Assembly (NCBI RefSeq): GCF_028641065.1
Contig: NC_073388.1
Location: forward strand, 24,304,001 to 24,368,000
Source: Leucoraja erinacea
Taxonomy: Eukaryota
DNA length: 64,000 nucleotides
Direction of reading: 5' to 3'
Part shown: in pieces, positions 59,401 through 64,000 of the stretch
Layout: each line of letters starts with the position of its first letter
Numbering within the stretch: position 1 is the first letter of the stretch
Program-made: the position numbers and the translations under genes
The notes under the pieces: model-generated
Database searches by the model: none
Seen by the model: only the letters and a program-made list of their open reading frames with translations
Told to the model about the DNA's origin: nothing

Positions 59401-62324
59401 ATTTTCATTTAATAATCTGACACATTATGGTTGTTACACAAAATGAGAAATCTAGTCATGGATCACTGATTTGCATGGATAAAATGTTTAAGAAAGAACT
59501 GCAGATGCTGGAAAAATCGAAGGTAGACAAAAATGCTGGAGAAACTCTGTGGGTGAGGCAGCATCCATGGAACAAAGGAATAGTTGACGTTTCAGGTCGA
59601 GACCCTTCTTCAGACTGATGTAGGGGTGGGGGAACGGGAAGAAGAAAGGAAGAGGCAGAGACGGTGGGCTGTGGGAGAGCTAGGAAAGGGAGGGGAAGGA
59701 GAAAGCAAGAGCTACCTGAAATTGGAGCATAGCACTGGGGTGTAAACCACCCAAGCGAAATATGAGGTGCTGCTACTCTATGCATGGATAAAATGGTTAA
59801 AGGGCATGAAAAAATAAACCTGGGATTAATTAATCACTTTCAATTGTAAGGTTTTACTCATGGATTTTGAAAAGGATCAGTACTGGGGCCTCAGCTATTA
59901 TTAATGACATACTGGGGGAAAACAACCTTTTATGTCATGTGCTTCAACTTTGATACTAGGCCTATTGTGTGTTTTCTGGAAGTCCATGTACACCACATTA
60001 GCTGCATTACCCACATTGATGAGGTAAATGTTAACTCCTTACTTCATTTTTTGAACAAGGGAATTTTACAGGTAATTGCTACTCCCCAGTTCTTTGGAAA
60101 CAACCCTCTATCCAAAGAGCCCTGGAAGATTAAATTGATCAAAGAAAATGTTATGTTTCCCAGATAAAGTAGCAAAAGGAATGGGTGTGATGATGAGTTA
60201 AGAGGCAAAAAGAGGTCCATATGTGGATTGCAGATATTAGAAAAAAAATTGAGCCCGGAAAGCTGTTATATAATACAAAAAATACATCAAGCGTTACTGG
60301 ATCTGCAGAGGAGCCTAACATAGGAAGGTCAGGTTACTAAGACTGAAAGTTAAAGGTATTGGTTATCAGAAGCTCAAGGTCACACAAATGAGCTGAGTTA
60401 TAGTATTCCACTGTGGTCATTTATTCTGCAATTGGTCTCCCCAATGTAAATCATAGATTATATTATTAGCTTTGAATATAATACAGTAAATTACGATGAA
60501 TCAATTGAATTGTCTTTTCACTGTAAACACAGTGGTGCAACTGATAGAGTCACTGCCTCAGAGTGCCAGAGACCTGGGTTCAATCCTGACTTCAGATGCT
60601 GTCTGTGTGGAATGTACATCTACTCCTGTGATTACATGGGGTTCCTCCCAGTGCTCTGGTTTCCAGACATGCAGGCTCGTAGGTTAATTGACCAGTGGAA
60701 ATAGCCTCTATTGCATAGGTGACTGGTAGAATTTTGTGGCATTAATAATAATCTGGATGGCTAAAATTGGATTAGATTAGTATAGGATTAATGTAAATGG
60801 GTGATTGATGGGCAACGTGACCTCGATGAACCAAAAGATTTGTTTCTACGATGTATCTCTCTATCTATTATACATGTTTAGGGGCTCTGAACAGCAACAA
60901 AAGGTAAAAGGTGCACTGGTTGCACAACTCTCACAAGGCAGGGAAGGCAAGATGGTAATTCACCAGAGATGCAAGAAATGGCTGAAATAGTGTTCTATTG
61001 TGTAGAAACTAGAAAGCAAGAACCAGGACACCTATCATCATTCTGGGATGGAAGGAATGAAAGAAGATCATATATTTGGGAAATTGATTTGTTACTTTTA
61101 TGAATCCTGTAAATTACAGGAAACTCTCGTTACAATGAAAGATATATCCTTTGTAAGGTGTATGGAAGATGGCATTGTCAATGACATGACATAGACATAA
61201 GAAAATGGAATGGGGCCATCAAAGGAACTGAGATAAATGAAGGTACACAAAAATGCTGGAGAAACTCAGCGGGTGCAGCAGCATCTATGGAGCAAAGGAA
61301 ATAGGCAACGTTTCGGGCTGAAACCCTTCTTCAGACTGAGGTAAATGAAGTGTAGTCAAAGTATCAGTGATCACAAACCTGTCGCAAGAATTGGAGATAG
61401 ATGGAAAATGATGTGAAGGGAGGGTTCCAGAAATTAACTATATCAATATGAGAGAAATGTGGAAAGTTATAGCAAAGTTGATGAGATTGATTAAAAATAA
61501 AGATCCATCTTATTCTCCTTCTACCATCCAAGACTATGATGATACGACAATGGAGTTTTGATATAATCAAAGCAATTACTCTGTACTTATTGGTTTACAA
61601 TGACGTACAGTGAAAATTCATATGGGGAAATCTTTTGGAAATGATTAGTCTATAGTAGCCTGCTTCTGCTAAGAAAGCGTCACCTGCTTCTGCCATACAT
61701 CGAGCGTCATCTTATTCCTGTACTGTTTTCAAAATGTTATTTTCTTCATCTAATCTATTTAATTTACAATCAAATTGAGTCAACACGGACGGTCAGTACT
61801 ATTTCTCCAGGGAGTTAGTGAAATGGATTGTCTACACGCCCCCTGTTTTATCGGTCTCGGCTGGGTTAAGATTACTTGCTCATTAACTGGGGGGAACTTT
61901 TTTCCTGACGCCAGCACGGGATGGGGGCAAGTGGTCTCCCTTTTGTCGCCCATTGATGGAGATATTGCAGTGGGAATCAGGCCATGACTGACTGCTGCCT
62001 CGGCCTTTGCAATAGCCCCAGGCCTGGTTCCAAGGGCACTGCCTCCGTACCGAAGGCGATGGTTTGTATTGTTCTGCCCGAGGCCGGGTACCAGACGCCG
62101 ACGCCGGGGTGAGCGGCCCCGGCCCCGGCCCCGTTGCTAAGGTGAGGCCTTGGTTAGTCTGAGGGGCGCGCGGTTGCTAAGGTGACGGCCGCCGGGCCTG
62201 GTTGCTAAGGGATCTGTACCTCTCCAATACAGAGTCCCATCACTTCCTCCTTTTCCGTGGACAGAGCGTGATTCAAACAGACAAGGAAAGCATCAGAATC
62301 CAGGTGGACCCCGCACACCGCCAT
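49737..62324 (-). CDS. BRCC3: BRCA1/BRCA2-containing complex subunit 3 (BRCC36, JAMM/MPN+ Lys63 deubiquitinase), 8 coding exons, 261 aa
   Basis: Exons of 105,120,88,89,56,132,44,152 nt sum to 786 nt in frame. Contains HALSTEKEEVMGLCIG and the JAMM motif GWYHSHPHITVWPSHVD. Confidence 0.97.
51973..52291 (-). mobile_element. tRNA-derived SINE (HE1-like)
   Basis: The - strand head is GGGTGGCACAGTGGTGCAGCGGTAGAGTTGCTGCC, with the shared core and a (CTAAA)n tail. Confidence 0.88.
52367..52410 (-). CDS. BRCC3: BRCC3 coding exon 7
   Basis: LTHLDPITKIHNGS(V). Confidence 0.94.
52899..53735 (+). mobile_element. Probable non-autonomous Helitron (5' part)
   Basis: Starts A|TCTATATATTACTGAAACTCTC followed by a GTTT/GTGC microsatellite. 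The 3' CTRR end was not found; the element runs into a G/purine tract. Confidence 0.5.
53740..54137 (+). mobile_element. Rex1/Babar 3' fragment
   Basis: Encodes IMGDPFHPSNGMFQLLWSGKHL...ERMRRSFFPEA; tail GACGAATAAAC(TTGAC)n. Confidence 0.78.
54260..54391 (-). CDS. BRCC3: BRCC3 coding exon 6
   Basis: YERIEIPIHVVPHETIGKVCLESAVELPKILCQEEQDAYRRIH(S). Confidence 0.96.
54758..54813 (-). CDS. BRCC3: BRCC3 coding exon 5
   Basis: TGRVLYTCFQSIQAQKGS(E). Confidence 0.95.
55906..55994 (-). CDS. BRCC3: BRCC3 coding exon 4
   Basis: (D)VRTQAMYQMMDQGFVGLIFSCFIEDKNTK. Confidence 0.96.
56116..57492 (+). mobile_element. CR1/HER1 LINE, 5'-truncated, RT domain with frameshift
   Basis: NYRPVSL, RSCLTNLLEFFE, SGVPQGSVLGP, SKYADDTK and FFTQRVVAVWN motifs; 3' UTR and GTTATATG tail. 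Confidence 0.95.
58256..58343 (-). CDS. BRCC3: BRCC3 coding exon 3 (JAMM motif)
   Basis: RLADMTGHPMRVVGWYHSHPHITVWPSHV(D); preceded by an AC acceptor. Confidence 0.96.
58344..59157 (-). other. BRCC3: U12-type AT-AC intron of BRCC3
   Basis: 5' splice site ATATCCTTTC; branch-like TCTTTGAC about 10 nt before the terminal AC. These boundaries give an in-frame STEAE|RLA. Confidence 0.92.
59158..59277 (-). CDS. BRCC3: BRCC3 coding exon 2
   Basis: VDTSRIVHIHSVIILRRSDKRKDRVEISPEQLSAASTEAE; followed by the U12 donor ATATCCTTT. Confidence 0.96.
59487..59780 (-). mobile_element. Penelope-like 3' fragment with pseudo-LTR
   Basis: TSD TGCATGGATAAAATG at 59472-59486 and 59781-59795. Confidence 0.85.
60527..60865 (+). 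mobile_element. Old tRNA-derived SINE (HE1-like)
   Basis: CACAGTGGTGCA...GACCTGGGTTCAATCCTGAC head, decayed core. Confidence 0.7.
61243..61337 (-). mobile_element. Solo Penelope pseudo-LTR fragment
   Basis: Reverse complement of the pLTR at 19318-19413; flanked by near-duplicated ACTGAG(A/G)TAAATGAAG. Confidence 0.8.
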
Positions 62325-62640
62325 GTCCTCCCGGTAACTGCTGCAAATCAAATCTAAACTCGATTTATTGAAACCGGATATTCTTCATCCCCGGCAACGG
62401 AGGAATCGGCCGACGTCGGCTGGAAAACGCGGCCCGCCACCAAGTTCCGGGACAATATCCCACTGAAGCTGCGGCTGGGACACCAACAACAAGTGGCAAT
62501 GCACGGCCTTTACTTTCTACGGAGTGAACACAGTGTTCCTCGTGGTATCAGATGTTTGAGAAGATTGCAATTTTAACTTCTCATCGATTCCTTCATGGAC
62601 GAACACGAGCCGAGTTTTAGGTGACACTATCTCCGGGTCT
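62040..62640. promoter_or_regulatory. CpG-rich promoter/first-exon region of BRCC3 (probably bidirectional)
   Basis: Non-TE CpG enrichment, ETS-like TTCCGG (~62445), palindrome GCCGACGTCGGC (62409-62420), three GTTGCTAAGG motifs, and a + strand donor GTGAGT at 62641. Confidence 0.7.
62220..62324 (-). CDS. BRCC3: BRCC3 coding exon 1
   Basis: MAVCGVHLDSDAFLVCLNHALSTEKEEVMGLCIGE; good Kozak context GACATGG. Confidence 0.96.
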
Positions 62641-63059
62641 GTGAGTGCAGGCTGGTTGGTGCAAAATGTATCGCAGCTGAAATGCAAGTTAAGGTAAATG
62701 TAATGGATCTATGGATATTTTATTAATAAGGCAAAATCAGCTAGTGATTAACTTTTGCGACTTTTGCAATTAGAGACCCTAAGAAGCTGCAAAAATGCTG
62801 TATTTTCCAGTATTATTCATTTTAATAAGTATACATACAGCAGATTGTAGATCAGAAACGATTGTTAACATTTTCTTTGTAGCATGTTGTAAATTCTTTG
62901 GCAATGTTTGGGACATTAGCGGCGAGAGGTGGTTCAGTCCGATTTAGGAGTACACTAAAAGTTTTGAATTGTGCTCCAAAAATGACATCTCTTTCCCTCC
63001 CCCGATTGTTCACAGGCAATGCCATCTTTACACATATTTTTGCCATTTGTATTTCCTGA

Positions 63060-63720
63060 CTCGAACCTCAGTTCTTTTCTTCCCTACTATGATCTATAAT
63101 ATCTAAATTTCCTGACAATAGGCTGGGTTTGCCACGGAGCAGAGGACTCTGAGGGAAGGGACTGATGGGGATAATAATATAAACAAAATGATAGGGCTGG
63201 GGCTTAGATAGGATGGTTGCAATCACTGATGGACTGGGCAATATCCACCACTTTCTGCAACCTACTTTGTTCTGGTGATTTTGAATTTCCAAACCAGGCT
63301 GTGAGGCATTCAGTCAGTCTACTCTCCATCGTACACTAGAAGTTCAATAGAGTATCTGACAAGATGCCAAATCTCCTCAAAATCTGAGCAAGCAGTGCGT
63401 TCGTGAGCTCATTTGTGATGGCATCTAGGGGCTGGGCCCAGGACAGATCAGAGATATGTTCACCCAGAAGCGTGAAGCTGTTGACCTCCACCACCATCCT
63501 GCCAGTGAAGCCCAGTACACGGTCCCTCGGCCTTCCCTTCCTGAAATCATCAATTTGCTCTTTGGTCTAGCTAACATTGATTATTGTTCAGGCACCACTC
63601 GACCAGATTGTCGATCTCCCTTCTGTAATTTGACATTATTAAACATTATTCATCCAAAAAGATTACTATCAACAGAGAATTTAAAGATGGTGTTGGAGAT
63701 GTGTCTGGCTACACAATCAT
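63060..63720 (-). mobile_element. Old Rex1/Babar-type LINE fragment
   Basis: Decayed reverse-strand homology to 4415-5089 (KKVVDIAQSI, KLMISGREG..PCT). Confidence 0.55.
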
Positions 63721-64000
63721 GAATATAGATAAAGTAAGGCAGAGCACTGAGCACACAATGCTGAGGTGCTAACAATCATCAAAGAGGCATTGCCAATCCA
63801 TACTGAGGTCTGCCAATGAAGAATTAAATGACTTAGTTGCATAGGGAGGACCAGAGGCCCAGTTTGATGGTGAGTTTAGAAGGGATGATGGTGTTGAACA
63901 ACAACAAATAACAGCCTCACTCATGTCTTCCTGTTGGCCAAGTGGTCCAGTGAGATCACATCCATTGCCCATCTACTGAGGCAGTTGATTTGTGTGATAA

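Overview
Eukaryotic, repeat-rich vertebrate DNA. The repeat landscape (CR1/HER1-type LINEs, HE1-type SINEs, Rex1/Babar, Penelope) suggests a cartilaginous fish, probably a skate or ray; this is inferred. Two complete minus-strand genes were assembled by hand from splice sites. (1) A 15-exon flavin monoamine oxidase gene (CDS 42002->8057, 1587 nt, 528 aa) with the canonical vertebrate MAO exon sizes. (2) BRCC3/BRCC36 (CDS 62324->49737, 8 coding exons, 261 aa), with an AT-AC minor-spliceosome intron and a CpG-rich, probably bidirectional promoter. A MAO gene directly downstream of BRCC3 is not the canonical MAOA/MAOB-NDP context and may be a separate whole-genome-duplication paralog, with an unusual Phe/Met pair at the specificity positions. 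Mobile elements include a Passport-like Tc1 with an open transposase frame running off the left edge, a TIR/TSD-bounded Harbinger, a hAT, a Gypsy remnant, a probable Helitron, a 744-bp near-perfect palindrome and Penelope copies with hammerhead-ribozyme-like motifs. There is one 131-nt assembly gap. Most ORFs in the supplied track are spurious or derived from transposable elements.
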